The notes under the pieces: model-generated
Databases searched by the model: none
What the model was told of the DNA's origin: nothing
Seen by the model: the letters and a program-made list of their open reading frames with translations, nothing else
Shown: piece after piece, positions 19,278 through 29,537 of the stretch
Layout: every line of letters begins with the position of its first letter
How positions within the stretch are numbered: position 1 is the stretch's first letter
Program-made: the position numbers and the translations under genes
Source: Fibrobacteria bacterium
Lineage (GTDB): Bacteria; Fibrobacterota; Chitinivibrionia; Chitinivibrionales; FEN-1185
Direction of reading: 5' to 3'
Assembly (NCBI GenBank): GCA_037447435.1
Contig: JBBIGR010000001.1
Span: 64,001-128,000, forward strand
Length of the DNA stretch: 64,000 nt

Positions 19278-20342
19278 ATGTCGCATAAAATCCAGAAGCA
19301 ATCCATTCTCCATTTTTCCACCGGAAAATCGATGAGGGGCGGCGAACGTCAAGTTCTCTTATTGCATACTGGGCTGCACAAACGCGGTATAAAAAGCACT
19401 ATCGTGTGCCGTAAAGGCGGAGAGCTCGCAGCGTATAAGACCGAAGACAAAATTGCCATACAGTGGCTTGGCGAATGGGACATTGCGGCCTTGTTCAACT
19501 TTATTCGCATCTGTAAAATTGCCAAACCGTCTATTATCCATTGCCACGATTCTCATTCACTTACGCACGGCAGCGCGGCCGGAGCATTACTCGGCATTCC
19601 GGTGGTCTATACCCGTCGAGTCATGTTTCCGATGGCTTCTTCGCCGATATCCAAAAAGAAGATATCCTCCTGCGCCGCGGTTATCGCCGTTTCGGAAGCT
19701 GTTGCCGAAAAATGCACCGCATTGATACCTTCGTCGCGGGTATTCATTGTCGGCGACGGTGTCGATCTTGGCGCAACCATGCTCCCTCGATCGGAAGCAA
19801 GAAAAAGACTGGGACTTTCGCCGGACGACTTTGTGGTGGGTACCGTCGCGCATTTTACCCGCGAAAAAGATTTTACGCTTGTCTACTATTGTGCAAGCAG
19901 GCTGGAGGCGGAAAAAGACAATGCGAAACTGGTTTGCATAGGTCCTTACACCGAGAACAAAAAGAAAAGGCAGACAATACCGGAAAGCCTTATTTTAACC
20001 GGCCCCCTTGATAATGCAGTACAATTTTACAGCGCTTTCGACGCGTATATTTCGACCTCGATACAAGAAGGTTTAGGCTCCGCACTTCTTGATGCGGTGA
20101 TTCGAGGCATACCGGCGGTTGCGGTTGATGCCGAGGGTACGCGGGATTTGTTCCCGGAACGATGGCATTTGGTCCGGCGCGGCGACTACGACGGATTCGG
20201 CACGGCTCTTTTACATATGATAGACAATTATCAGCCAGCCCTGAAAGAGGCGGCGCATTGCGCGGCCCGGGCCAAGGACATTTTTTCGACAAACCTCATC
20301 ACCGATAAGACATTGGAAGTGTATTCGACAGTCCATGGTTAA
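19278..20342 (+). CDS. Glycosyltransferase family 4
   Basis: RGGERQ, IIHCHDS, IAVSEAV, EGLGSALLDA. Confidence 0.88.
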   Translation: MSHKIQKQSILHFSTGKSMRGGERQVLLLHTGLHKRGIKSTIVCRKGGELAAYKTEDKIAIQWLGEWDIAALFNFIRICKIAKPSIIHCHDSHSLTHGSAAGALLGIPVVYTRRVMFPMASSPISKKKISSCAAVIAVSEAVAEKCTALIPSSRVFIVGDGVDLGATMLPRSEARKRLGLSPDDFVVGTVAHFTREKDFTLVYYCASRLEAEKDNAKLVCIGPYTENKKKRQTIPESLILTGPLDNAVQFYSAFDAYISTSIQEGLGSALLDAVIRGIPAVAVDAEGTRDLFPERWHLVRRGDYDGFGTALLHMIDNYQPALKEAAHCAARAKDIFSTNLITDKTLEVYSTVHG

Positions 20343-21117
20343 ACTCAGCGCCGTCATAATTACCTATAACGAAGAAAAAAGAATCGCCGCAACGCTCGAA
20401 GCCCTTGACTTTTGCGACGAAATAGTCGTTGTCGATTCCGGAAGCACCGACAATACCGAGGAAATCTGCAAAAAATTCAACGTGCGATTTACCAAGCATC
20501 CATGGGACGGATACGGTCCGCAAAAACGGCACGCCATTTCTCTTGCAAAAAACGATTGGGTTTTCGTGGTGGATGCGGATGAAGTCGCTTCCGCCTCCCT
20601 GAGGGCCGAAATCAAAACCCTCATGAAAAACAACATGGGCGATTGTAACGGGTATTATGTTCCGATTTCCCTTATCTTCCTGGGCAGGGTTTTAAAACAC
20701 GGCGGCGAATATAAAAAAGCGCATTTGAGGCTTTTTCACAAAGGTTTTGGCAACTATAACATGAATTTCGTTCATGAAAGCGCTTCGGTAAGCGGAAAAA
20801 CCGGAAAGCTTGTAAATGATCTTTTACATGACAGTTATTCGAGCATTCACGATTATTTTTCCAAATTCAACGATTATACGACTGCTTCGGCCCAATCCCT
20901 GTTTCAAAAAAACCGGAAATTCGCAATGTGCAACGTATACGCGAGGTTTCCGCTGACATTTTTAAAAATTTATCTTTTTAAAGGTTGCTTTTTGGACGGT
21001 TATCCCGGGTTTGTATGGTCAATGCTTTCTTCCTTTTACCCGGTTGTAAAATTTGTCAAGTTACAGGAAATGCGCAGAAATCATGATATCAAATCGATTG
21101 AGGAACTATCGTCATGA
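20335..21117 (+). CDS. Glycosyltransferase family 2 (WaaE/KdtX-like)
   Basis: IITYNEE, VDSGSTD, YGPQK, VDADE, VHE, FLDGYPG. Confidence 0.9.
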   Translation: MVKLSAVIITYNEEKRIAATLEALDFCDEIVVVDSGSTDNTEEICKKFNVRFTKHPWDGYGPQKRHAISLAKNDWVFVVDADEVASASLRAEIKTLMKNNMGDCNGYYVPISLIFLGRVLKHGGEYKKAHLRLFHKGFGNYNMNFVHESASVSGKTGKLVNDLLHDSYSSIHDYFSKFNDYTTASAQSLFQKNRKFAMCNVYARFPLTFLKIYLFKGCFLDGYPGFVWSMLSSFYPVVKFVKLQEMRRNHDIKSIEELSS

Positions 21118-21911
21118 TATTTGTTTTTGCGTTTCTATGCCTCGTCATTATTCTATTTTTTGTCCTCAGATACGGTTTTTTACTTCCGCCGACAAATGGC
21201 CTGCCGGTTCTTTTGTATCATAAAGTATCGGAACAAGTAAATGATACCATCACCATTGCACCTAAAACCTTTGAACGGCAATTACAATATCTCTGTCAAA
21301 AAAACTATCACTCGATTTCTTTGACTCAGCTTTTCGACTCGGTCAAAAACGGCGTTTCCTTACCGTCCAAGCCCGTTATGATCACCTTTGACGACGGATA
21401 TGTCAATAATTTGACTCTTGCATATCCGTTGCTTAAAAAATACGGCCATAAAGCCGTCTTTTTCATTCCCAGCGCGGGCATAGGGAAAACGAACTGGTGG
21501 GACATTGTCAAGGAGCCGCTTATGTCGGCCGAACAATTGAAAAGTCTGGATAACGGCATTGTGGAACTTGGCCTCCATTCCTATGACCATAAACATTACG
21601 GCACTATCACGGCCGAGCAGCTTGACACTGATATCGCCCAATGCATAGAGACATTGAAAACGCAAGACATCCCCTTTCTCCCGGCATTGGCATATCCCTA
21701 CGGAGGCAGGCCAAAAGACAAAGCTGTTTACAACCAAATGATTTCTTCGTTTTTGCATCATGGCGTTTGTATGGGTTTTCGTATCGGCAACAGGGTAAAC
21801 CGGCTCCCGCTTAAAGATTTGTTTGAGATAAAGAGGATCAGCATTCAAGGGTCGGATTCTTTATGGGCATTTAAGACAAAACTTGCCAAAGGCAGGGTGA
21901 AGCAACTATGA
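21114..21911 (+). CDS. Membrane-anchored polysaccharide deacetylase (NodB/CE4)
   Basis: N-terminal TM, VLLYHKV, ITFDDGY, HSYDH, AYPYG. Confidence 0.9.
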   Translation: MIFVFAFLCLVIILFFVLRYGFLLPPTNGLPVLLYHKVSEQVNDTITIAPKTFERQLQYLCQKNYHSISLTQLFDSVKNGVSLPSKPVMITFDDGYVNNLTLAYPLLKKYGHKAVFFIPSAGIGKTNWWDIVKEPLMSAEQLKSLDNGIVELGLHSYDHKHYGTITAEQLDTDIAQCIETLKTQDIPFLPALAYPYGGRPKDKAVYNQMISSFLHHGVCMGFRIGNRVNRLPLKDLFEIKRISIQGSDSLWAFKTKLAKGRVKQL

Positions 21912-22813
21912 AAATAAGCGGTTTTTCATTTGCCCGAAACACCGATAAACTCGGTTACCCCATTGCCGAATCCATACAATCCGTTCTGCCGGTTTGCGAC
22001 GAATTCGTTATTGCGATTGGTAAAGGCGACGAAGGAGATAGAACTCGAAACCTTGTCGAAGGAATCAATTCCCCAAAGATCCGTATCATAGACACCGAAT
22101 GGACCGATCGGGAAACATTGAAAAACGAGATTTACAGCCAGCAAACCAATATCGCCCTCAACGCTTGCACCGGCGATTGGTGTTTCTACATTCAGGCCGA
22201 CGAGGTTTTGCACGAAAAATACCTCGACATTGTCGCGAAGAGATGCGATTTGTTTTACAATAACGAATCCGTCGAAGGTCTACTGTTCGGATTCCGTCAT
22301 TTTTGGGGAGATTACGACCATTATCAGGCCGGCCATGCCTGGTATCCGTTCGAGATCCGTATCGTGCGGAACCGTATCGGCGTTTCATCGTTCGGCGACG
22401 CGCAATCTTTTTTACGAAACAAAGAGAAACTTCGTGTCGCCTATGCAAACGCGGAAATGTTTCATTACGGCTATGTTCGAAGTCCGGTGCTTATGCAGAA
22501 GCGAAATGTGGAAATCGAAACTACGTATCGCGGCGCAGAAGAAACAAAGAAATTGTATGAAAAAACGGGCGACTTTTTCGATTACGGCCCCTTAAACAAA
22601 AGACGGGTTTTCACCGGCACCCATCCGGCAGTCCTTCATGAAAGAATACAAAATATGGACTGGAAAAACCTTTTGACCTATAACGGAAAAGACAATACCC
22701 GATATCATCACGACAAACTTAAATACCGGGTATTGACCTTTCTTGAAAACACTTTTTTACGGGGAAAACAAATCGGCGGTTTTAAAAATTATACCCTTTT
22801 AAAAAACGTTTAA
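21908..22813 (+). CDS. Glycosyltransferase family 2
   Basis: MKISGFSFARN...YPIAESI, QTNIALNAC, YIQADEVLHE, FHYGYVR. Confidence 0.85.
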   Translation: MKISGFSFARNTDKLGYPIAESIQSVLPVCDEFVIAIGKGDEGDRTRNLVEGINSPKIRIIDTEWTDRETLKNEIYSQQTNIALNACTGDWCFYIQADEVLHEKYLDIVAKRCDLFYNNESVEGLLFGFRHFWGDYDHYQAGHAWYPFEIRIVRNRIGVSSFGDAQSFLRNKEKLRVAYANAEMFHYGYVRSPVLMQKRNVEIETTYRGAEETKKLYEKTGDFFDYGPLNKRRVFTGTHPAVLHERIQNMDWKNLLTYNGKDNTRYHHDKLKYRVLTFLENTFLRGKQIGGFKNYTLLKNV

Positions 22814-22836
22814 CCTTTTGGCATGGGAATTTCTCT

Positions 22837-23346
22837 TTACAATTTAAAAGACATTCCGACATCGAGGTATCCGAAACCCGGGCAATCTTCCAATACCAAC
22901 GCCATTTTAGGGGCAAAGAACCAGCGTGCGCCGATAAATTCACGGATGCCCCATTCGGGAAAGTTCCCCAGGCCAGGGCCAAAATAAAACGTCGGGCCGG
23001 CATAAACGTCGAAGATATCCCTGACTTTGATTTTGTCGTGCAAAACTTTTAAATTGAACGGATGAAAAGCTGCCCTACCTACAAATGTCAAGTAATTTTC
23101 TCCCCACCAATAGTTATGTTTAAACCCGATGCCTCCGCCGCCCGATATGGCGTCATGAAACCCATAATCGAATGCGCCGTGCACTCCTACTTGAAAAAAA
23201 GGAAACGGTATGCCCGCATCAATGATTTTCTCCCCTTTTTCATAGCAACTCCCCTGACTGGTAGCCCAATCTTCACAGAAGCCAGCCCTATATCCAAAAA
23301 GGATAGCAGAAAGTACAAGCAACGCTTTTACCGTATTTGCCCTCAT
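22837..23346 (-). CDS. Small outer-membrane beta-barrel protein
   Basis: Signal peptide, amphipathic G/aromatic strands, C-terminal VGMSFKL. Confidence 0.65.
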   Translation of the reverse strand: MRANTVKALLVLSAILFGYRAGFCEDWATSQGSCYEKGEKIIDAGIPFPFFQVGVHGAFDYGFHDAISGGGGIGFKHNYWWGENYLTFVGRAAFHPFNLKVLHDKIKVRDIFDVYAGPTFYFGPGLGNFPEWGIREFIGARWFFAPKMALVLEDCPGFGYLDVGMSFKL

Positions 23347-23359
23347 AGCCCCTCCTTTA

Positions 23360-25042
23360 CTATATGTTATTAGACCCCGACTGAAGGATCCCTCTGGTTG
23401 CCCATGGATCCTTCGGCGTTCCCCATTCCTTTATAACCTCTTTACTGTGGGGAACCGGCTTAAAAGAATGAAACATATGATATTGTATGGCTTTTCGAGC
23501 CACTGTCCTTATCCGTATACCAGCTTTCTTAAACCTGTTTGAAAGATTATTGTCTTCCAATCCCCGGCCGACAATAGCCTCCTCATATCCGTTTATTCGG
23601 TAATAATCGCCCTTAAAAACCGAGAAATTGCTCCCTAAAATGCAATAATTCTTGGACTTTTTCCACGCATCCTCGATCGACGATACGACCGGAAGGCGTA
23701 GACCGTGTTTCACGCTGCCTGGTTCCGCCATTCTGAGCCAATACGAAGGTTTCTCGATCTTTTTATTCCTCACATCATCAAGCGTGATATTCTTTGTTAG
23801 AGCTTCCGAAAACATGACCCTTCTACCAGATAATACGGTGCCGACCTTACAAGTATTGATATGGTCCTGCAAAAACCTATGATGTAAAATACAATCGCCG
23901 TCGATAAAACAAAGATATTCGCTTCGCGCTTTGATAACGGCTTTATTTGCGATTAAGGTTTTCCGAAACCCGTTGTGTTCCTGCCGCACATGGGATATCG
24001 GATATGTAAATGAACCGTTCCACTGCGCAATGAGTTTTGCGATTGAATCGTTCGACCCGTCGTCGGCAACGACGACTTCAAAATCCCGAAGCGTCTGATT
24101 TGTCAGGCTGACGAAGATCCGTTCCAGGAACTCAGGCTTGTTATGTACCGCAATGATCAATGAAACTTTGGGCCGTTGCAGATACCTAAGGTCTGATTTC
24201 GGATACACCTCGGCAATTTCCCGCGGAACATGACCGCAACCCCTGATCGTGGTTGATTTCACCGTGCGAAATGTCGCGCGTATGAAATGATGGACAAAAA
24301 CATCGCAGCTTACCATGCATTGTTTTACATCCCCGACTTCATATTGTCTTTTGACAAGACGCAGCTGCAGATCCCAATCCGATGCGCCGACGGCAGTATT
24401 CCATGGTCCTATTTTTGAAAAAACGTCCCTTTTTACGACAACGCAATTTCCCGAGATGCCCGGGTACAAAAAATTCGCAAACGCTTTGGTGCGGATGCGG
24501 GTATAGGTCTCCCAAATACCGTACATCGTATCGACAAGAGACATCAGATCTTTTGACGAATACGGAATCTTCGAGGCAACACGAAGTCTTTGCTTCACAT
24601 TGATTCTGCGCCATCGGCGCATCATAGCCCTGGTTGCCTTTTCGCTTTCCATGGTTTCGATGCCGCAGGGCGAAATGGCGTCGAGCCCGTAGGAATCCAT
24701 ATGCCGCAGCAATTTCGTGTCCCAGTGTTGGGACACGCAAATATCGTTATTGAGGAATGCCACAACGGGAGCCGTAGCTATTTTCAACCCCTGGTTTTGC
24801 GAACAGGCATAACAAAGATTTTCTTTATTTTTAAGAACCACGGCCCCGTGATCTTCGAACAACTTGGCGGAGCCGTCGGACGAGGCATTGTCTATTATGA
24901 TGAGCTCATAGGGCAATTCGGTATGTTTCTCGAGCAATTCGAGAAACAATTTATTGTATTCGATTTGATTGTGAATGGCCGTGACGATCGAAAGTTTTTT
25001 TCCGCAGGCATCCATTTTTTCCCCTTTGGCTGTTTTTGTCAT
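23360..25042 (-). CDS. Two-domain GT2 glycosyltransferase
   Basis: Domain 1 IIDNASSD...FLNND; domain 2 VADDGSND...FIDGD...GRGLED...YHMFH. Confidence 0.88.
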   Translation of the reverse strand: MTKTAKGEKMDACGKKLSIVTAIHNQIEYNKLFLELLEKHTELPYELIIIDNASSDGSAKLFEDHGAVVLKNKENLCYACSQNQGLKIATAPVVAFLNNDICVSQHWDTKLLRHMDSYGLDAISPCGIETMESEKATRAMMRRWRRINVKQRLRVASKIPYSSKDLMSLVDTMYGIWETYTRIRTKAFANFLYPGISGNCVVVKRDVFSKIGPWNTAVGASDWDLQLRLVKRQYEVGDVKQCMVSCDVFVHHFIRATFRTVKSTTIRGCGHVPREIAEVYPKSDLRYLQRPKVSLIIAVHNKPEFLERIFVSLTNQTLRDFEVVVADDGSNDSIAKLIAQWNGSFTYPISHVRQEHNGFRKTLIANKAVIKARSEYLCFIDGDCILHHRFLQDHINTCKVGTVLSGRRVMFSEALTKNITLDDVRNKKIEKPSYWLRMAEPGSVKHGLRLPVVSSIEDAWKKSKNYCILGSNFSVFKGDYYRINGYEEAIVGRGLEDNNLSNRFKKAGIRIRTVARKAIQYHMFHSFKPVPHSKEVIKEWGTPKDPWATRGILQSGSNNI

Positions 25043-25701
25043 ATGCTCAGCCAGCCTTTCGGTGTTGACACAGGGAAATAATAAGGTCCTGTAACGCGAT
25101 CCGCCTCGGAATAGGGCCGGCTTTGGCTGCGATGTAAATGATATAAACGAATGTCTTTAAAGGGGTTTATAACCGTATATCCCGCCTGGTGGAATTCTTG
25201 GGCCAGTCGGTTGTCGCATCCCGGAGTTCCCATGCAAAAATCAAGATTTAGTCCCTTCGGCAAATCCCCTTTGAAGGCCCAGCAATCCTGCATATCTTTT
25301 TCATGCTTTTTTCGCGATGCCCTGTTACGGAAAAAATCGACCTTTAACGGGATCGCACTTTTAATTTCGGTCCGAAGCAGCGCGACAAATTCTTTTTCTT
25401 TTATTGCAGCGAGCTTTTTCGTGTCGCCGGTATCCAAAAAGCAATCGCTATTCATCGTGACGCATACGCCGTCCCGGAATTTCTTTGCGGCATCGAACAA
25501 TTCCCCGTAGGTCGGACGCCCGCTCGAAACGACGATATCCGCGTCCAGAAGCGGCAGATCCGGCAGGATCGATTGACTTTCCACCACAATCACGATTTTG
25601 TCTAATGCGCTGTTTGCCATGTTTGCCGCAAAGCAAGCGTCGATCTCCTGGGCGCGCGCAGGATCCGAATGCCGAAAATAATTATAGACAAGTGTAATCA
25701 A
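25039..25701 (-). CDS. Hypothetical protein, possible GT-A-like glycan enzyme
   Basis: 4-nt overlaps with both neighbours; NSD, QDCW, GCDNRLA, HLH motifs. Confidence 0.6.
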   Translation of the reverse strand: MITLVYNYFRHSDPARAQEIDACFAANMANSALDKIVIVVESQSILPDLPLLDADIVVSSGRPTYGELFDAAKKFRDGVCVTMNSDCFLDTGDTKKLAAIKEKEFVALLRTEIKSAIPLKVDFFRNRASRKKHEKDMQDCWAFKGDLPKGLNLDFCMGTPGCDNRLAQEFHQAGYTVINPFKDIRLYHLHRSQSRPYSEADRVTGPYYFPVSTPKGWLSI

Positions 25702-26819
25702 AACGCCATCCTTTTAGACCGATTTTGCTTATTGCACATTGCCCGTTTATACGTTTCATGGGTTTGTTCCGCTGTTTTTTGCCATGAGAAATCCGCATTT
25801 CGGATCGTCCCTGCCAGTTTTAACTTTTTCGCCACGTCGTTGTCATGGGTAATACGATCGATGCAATCGGCAATTCCCTGAATGTCGTCGGGCCCAAAAT
25901 AAAGCGCTGCGTCTGCGGCAATTTCGGGTATGGAACCGGCTTGTGCGGCAATAACCGGGCAATTGCAGGCAAACGCTTCTAAAATAGGAAGTCCGAAGCC
26001 TTCGTATCGCGACGGAAAGACAAAAGCCCTCGCATTGCAATACAAAGCGGCAAGTTCCGAGTCATTGACATCAGGTATTACTGCGACCTCCTGTATCAAT
26101 CCCAATTCCTTTAGTCCCCGAGATTCATTTGTCGTCAAAACCCCGCCGCCGGCGCATACAAGTTTGGGACGGCGAGCTTTATCCATAAGTGCAAGCGCCC
26201 GTATCAGCGAATCAAAATTTTTGTGCGAGCTCCTGGTCCCGACATATAAAATATACGAGCCTGAAATAAAGGGGAGGCAAGCTGATGCGGTTTTTTCAGA
26301 AAAAGATGTCGCAAGATGAACCACATCGATTTTATCCGGCGATATCCCGAGGATGCGGACGATGTCATTTTTGGTTGTTTGAGAAATAGCGATGATCCGA
26401 TTTGCAGCCAAGGCTGCGGCCTTCTTATTCGGAATTGTCGCGGTATCGTTTTTTATCAATTCGGGGAACAATTCGTGTATCATATCGTATATGGTAAGTA
26501 CCATGGGCAGTTTTTGCGAAAACGAAAGTCCTTCGGACCCGTAATACGTCGGGTGGAAGACGTCCATATTGCCCAATGCGATTATGCATTGGGCAGCAAA
26601 CGAATCGATGTATCCGGAAATACTGCGGCTTTTAAGCAGACGAAGAGGACGGGGTGACGGAAGCATCGGCCCGTAGACGTTTCTTGACAAAATTGCGGAA
26701 TGAAACGGTTTGACCGCATTGCCCGAAGAAAACGTCTGCATAAGATTGGCAAAATATCTCGATATGCCTCCGATGCCCTGGATGAGAAAGGCCTGATGAT
26801 CAAAAAGAACACGGATCAT
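25698..26819 (-). CDS. Glycosyltransferase family 4 (MtfB/WbaZ-like)
   Basis: GGISRY, FHPTYY, TIYDMIHE, HKNF, YEGFGLPILEAF, FSW. Confidence 0.92.
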   Translation of the reverse strand: MIRVLFDHQAFLIQGIGGISRYFANLMQTFSSGNAVKPFHSAILSRNVYGPMLPSPRPLRLLKSRSISGYIDSFAAQCIIALGNMDVFHPTYYGSEGLSFSQKLPMVLTIYDMIHELFPELIKNDTATIPNKKAAALAANRIIAISQTTKNDIVRILGISPDKIDVVHLATSFSEKTASACLPFISGSYILYVGTRSSHKNFDSLIRALALMDKARRPKLVCAGGGVLTTNESRGLKELGLIQEVAVIPDVNDSELAALYCNARAFVFPSRYEGFGLPILEAFACNCPVIAAQAGSIPEIAADAALYFGPDDIQGIADCIDRITHDNDVAKKLKLAGTIRNADFSWQKTAEQTHETYKRAMCNKQNRSKRMAF

Positions 26820-28663
26820 GCACGTTCCGAATTTTGGGCAAACTGTATATCGTAAAGGGTTTTATATCGTCCGTTTGCCGAATAAAGCTCCTGATGCGTT
26901 CCTTGCTCGATGATTTTACCTTTGTCCAAAACGACGATGCGGTCGGCATGCCGGACCGTTGAAAGACGGTGCGCGACGACGATACACGTCCTATCTTTCA
27001 TCAAATGGTCTATTGCCTCCTGAACAAGCTTCTCGCTTTCGGTATCGAGAGACGACGTCGCCTCATCGAGAATAAGGATCGGCGCATCGCGGTACAATGC
27101 TCGTGCAATGGCAAGCCTTTGGCGTTGACCTCCCGATAGCGTGACGCCTCTTTCGCCGATGATCGTGTCAAAACCCAGAGGCAATTTTTCAATAAATTCC
27201 AAAGCGTTTGCTGCTGCGGCTGCTGCCTGCACCCTCGACGGATCGGGTATAACGTCGGTAAAACCGATATTCGCGCTCACACTGCTGTTGAACAACACAT
27301 TATCCTGAGACACTATTCCGAACAGTGAACGAAGCGAAGGCAAACTCGCCTTTGCCACATCGACCCCGTCAACCAGAATCGCCCCGGAAGTTGGATCGTA
27401 GAAACGCGGCAATAAATCGAGAACCGTTGATTTTCCCGCGCCGGAAGACCCCACAAGCGCTACGACGCGGCCCTTTGGAACATGAAGGGAAACGTCATGC
27501 AGCACCGTCTCGGCACATCCGGGATAGGCGAAATTGACATGAGCGAACTCTACCGATTCGTTAAACGCTATTTGCCCAAGGTCTTTTTCCGTTCCGACAT
27601 CGCGCTCGACGGGAAGATCGAGATTTGCAAAGACCCTTTCGGCAGCGGCCATTCCTGTTTGTATAGAGCTATTTATGCCTGCCAATGCCTTTAAGGGCTG
27701 ATAGGACGCGACCAGAAGAATAAGGAACCTGACAAAATCCTCTCCCGAAAATCCCGCAGTGCCGCTTAATGCCAGGCTTCCGCCGAAAAACAGCAGGAAT
27801 GCCACAAGATACATGGACAATGTTTCCGTAATCGGCGAGGCAAGGCTTCGCATTTGCTCGGAACGGATATAGCGGTTCTTATAAGCAAGATTGGCGTCCT
27901 TGAATCGGTTTGTTTCTTTTGTTTCTACCCTGAACATCTTAATAACGCGGATCCCGATCATTGTCTCGGAAATTACGGAAATAAGGTCTGAAAAACTCTG
28001 AAGTTCCCTGTTGCTTCGCCTGCGAATGCTCTTGCCGATCCAGCCGATAATAACGCCGAGAACAGGATAAAGCACAAACACAAAAAGCGCCAATTTTGCA
28101 TTGATTGCAAGCATGATTCCGATAAACAAGACAAGTCTCATTGGTTCAAGAATAAGACTGGACAATGTGGTTGTGATTGAATTGTTTATCTGGGCGATAT
28201 CGTTAACGACCATGGATACGATGCGGCCCGATTCTGTTTTGTCGAAATAGGTGACCGGCAACCGCATCAAATGGTGGTACGTGGTATCCCGTATTCCCTG
28301 AACAACGGTGGAGTGTATAGTGATAGAGATCAGCTTATTGGTGTATTGTATAATGTTTTTTATAGAAAATGTTACACCCACTAAAATGCAGGTAACCATA
28401 AGCGGAGACCCTAACGTGCCGCCGTAGACCAGGGAATAAGTCCAGAATTTAAGCCAGGCATTTATGTTTTTAATGGAGAAGGCGGTCCATTGGGGCACTT
28501 GGGCATGCGCATTGAATAAAATCTGGGGCAGTGTTCCAAGAAACCACATCGATGCGCCGTCGAGCGAAACGATGACAAAAGATAATCCTACGGACGTGAG
28601 AAGGAGTGGAAATTGGGAACGCATGTATGAAAGCATGCGCAAATATATTTTAGGGCCTTTCAT
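26816..28663 (-). CDS. MsbA-like ABC exporter (TMD-NBD fusion)
   Basis: N-terminal TM domain; GSSGAGKS, LSGGQRQR, ILDEATSSLD, AHRLST. Confidence 0.9.
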   Translation of the reverse strand: MKGPKIYLRMLSYMRSQFPLLLTSVGLSFVIVSLDGASMWFLGTLPQILFNAHAQVPQWTAFSIKNINAWLKFWTYSLVYGGTLGSPLMVTCILVGVTFSIKNIIQYTNKLISITIHSTVVQGIRDTTYHHLMRLPVTYFDKTESGRIVSMVVNDIAQINNSITTTLSSLILEPMRLVLFIGIMLAINAKLALFVFVLYPVLGVIIGWIGKSIRRRSNRELQSFSDLISVISETMIGIRVIKMFRVETKETNRFKDANLAYKNRYIRSEQMRSLASPITETLSMYLVAFLLFFGGSLALSGTAGFSGEDFVRFLILLVASYQPLKALAGINSSIQTGMAAAERVFANLDLPVERDVGTEKDLGQIAFNESVEFAHVNFAYPGCAETVLHDVSLHVPKGRVVALVGSSGAGKSTVLDLLPRFYDPTSGAILVDGVDVAKASLPSLRSLFGIVSQDNVLFNSSVSANIGFTDVIPDPSRVQAAAAAANALEFIEKLPLGFDTIIGERGVTLSGGQRQRLAIARALYRDAPILILDEATSSLDTESEKLVQEAIDHLMKDRTCIVVAHRLSTVRHADRIVVLDKGKIIEQGTHQELYSANGRYKTLYDIQFAQNSERA

Positions 28664-28810
28664 GTATTCTTTCTCTGGAAAATGTTATTTGCAAGCAGTT
28701 AAAATAGCTCATATGGGGTAAAACCTCAACCACTTACCTTATTTGAGAAAACTTTTTTATTTATTGCTATCTTTTCCGAAACCGCCTATTTCACAAAGTA
28801 TTTTGTCTCT

Positions 28811-29521
28811 ATGCGCTATTCAATTCCGCTTTTTATTGTATGCCTGTTATCGGGCCAATCATTTGCCCAGGATAAAACACCAGTATCTATTTTTGAATCA
28901 CGGACCGTGTTTATACAACCATTGCTGACGTATTCGCTCCGCGACGGGCATATCGATTTACCGGATGCGCAAAAGAGCGTTGCTATTGCAAGAAAACCGT
29001 TTTTCTCTTATGGATTATGCGGCGGGATGCAATTCGGGATTTCAAAAGTTCTTCGATTGCAACTCGGTATTGTACTTGATGCCGGTTCCGTTGGAGACGA
29101 TACTCTGTTTACCGCGGAAACAGCATTAGTGCAACATGATTATTATCATGCCGCATTGGAACCGCAATTGCATTTTTGTCTCTGGCATATGCAAAACGTT
29201 GACGTTTTCACCTCGATCGGCTGCGGCTGCAATGTCGTGTGGGTGCGAGAACAAACATTTTTCCTGCAAAACCAATCGCAGGAAATACTGTATACCGACC
29301 GAAATTATGAAAGCAACGTTTCGCTGTCTTTTCATGCCTTGGTCGGCATCGGTTGCGATTTCAACATTTCAAAGCAATTTGCCCTGTCGGCCGGCTATTC
29401 CTTTCGGTATCTGTACCCGGTCTCTTACGATATTCAGGATGATTTTCCGCTTACCGCATTGACCTATAGAGAAACGCTGTTCGGCAACATCGTCTATTTT
29501 GGGTTATCATTGAAAATTTGA
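28811..29521 (+). CDS. Outer-membrane beta-barrel protein
   Basis: Signal peptide ending SFA; alternating strands; C-terminal YFGLSLKI. Confidence 0.65.
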   Translation: MRYSIPLFIVCLLSGQSFAQDKTPVSIFESRTVFIQPLLTYSLRDGHIDLPDAQKSVAIARKPFFSYGLCGGMQFGISKVLRLQLGIVLDAGSVGDDTLFTAETALVQHDYYHAALEPQLHFCLWHMQNVDVFTSIGCGCNVVWVREQTFFLQNQSQEILYTDRNYESNVSLSFHALVGIGCDFNISKQFALSAGYSFRYLYPVSYDIQDDFPLTALTYRETLFGNIVYFGLSLKI

Positions 29522-29537
29522 CCCGTTTCCTCGTCGC

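Noticed and set aside
22819..22835. TGGCATGGGAATTTC sigma54-like sequence
   Set aside because: -12 GC missing and it lies between convergent 3' ends.
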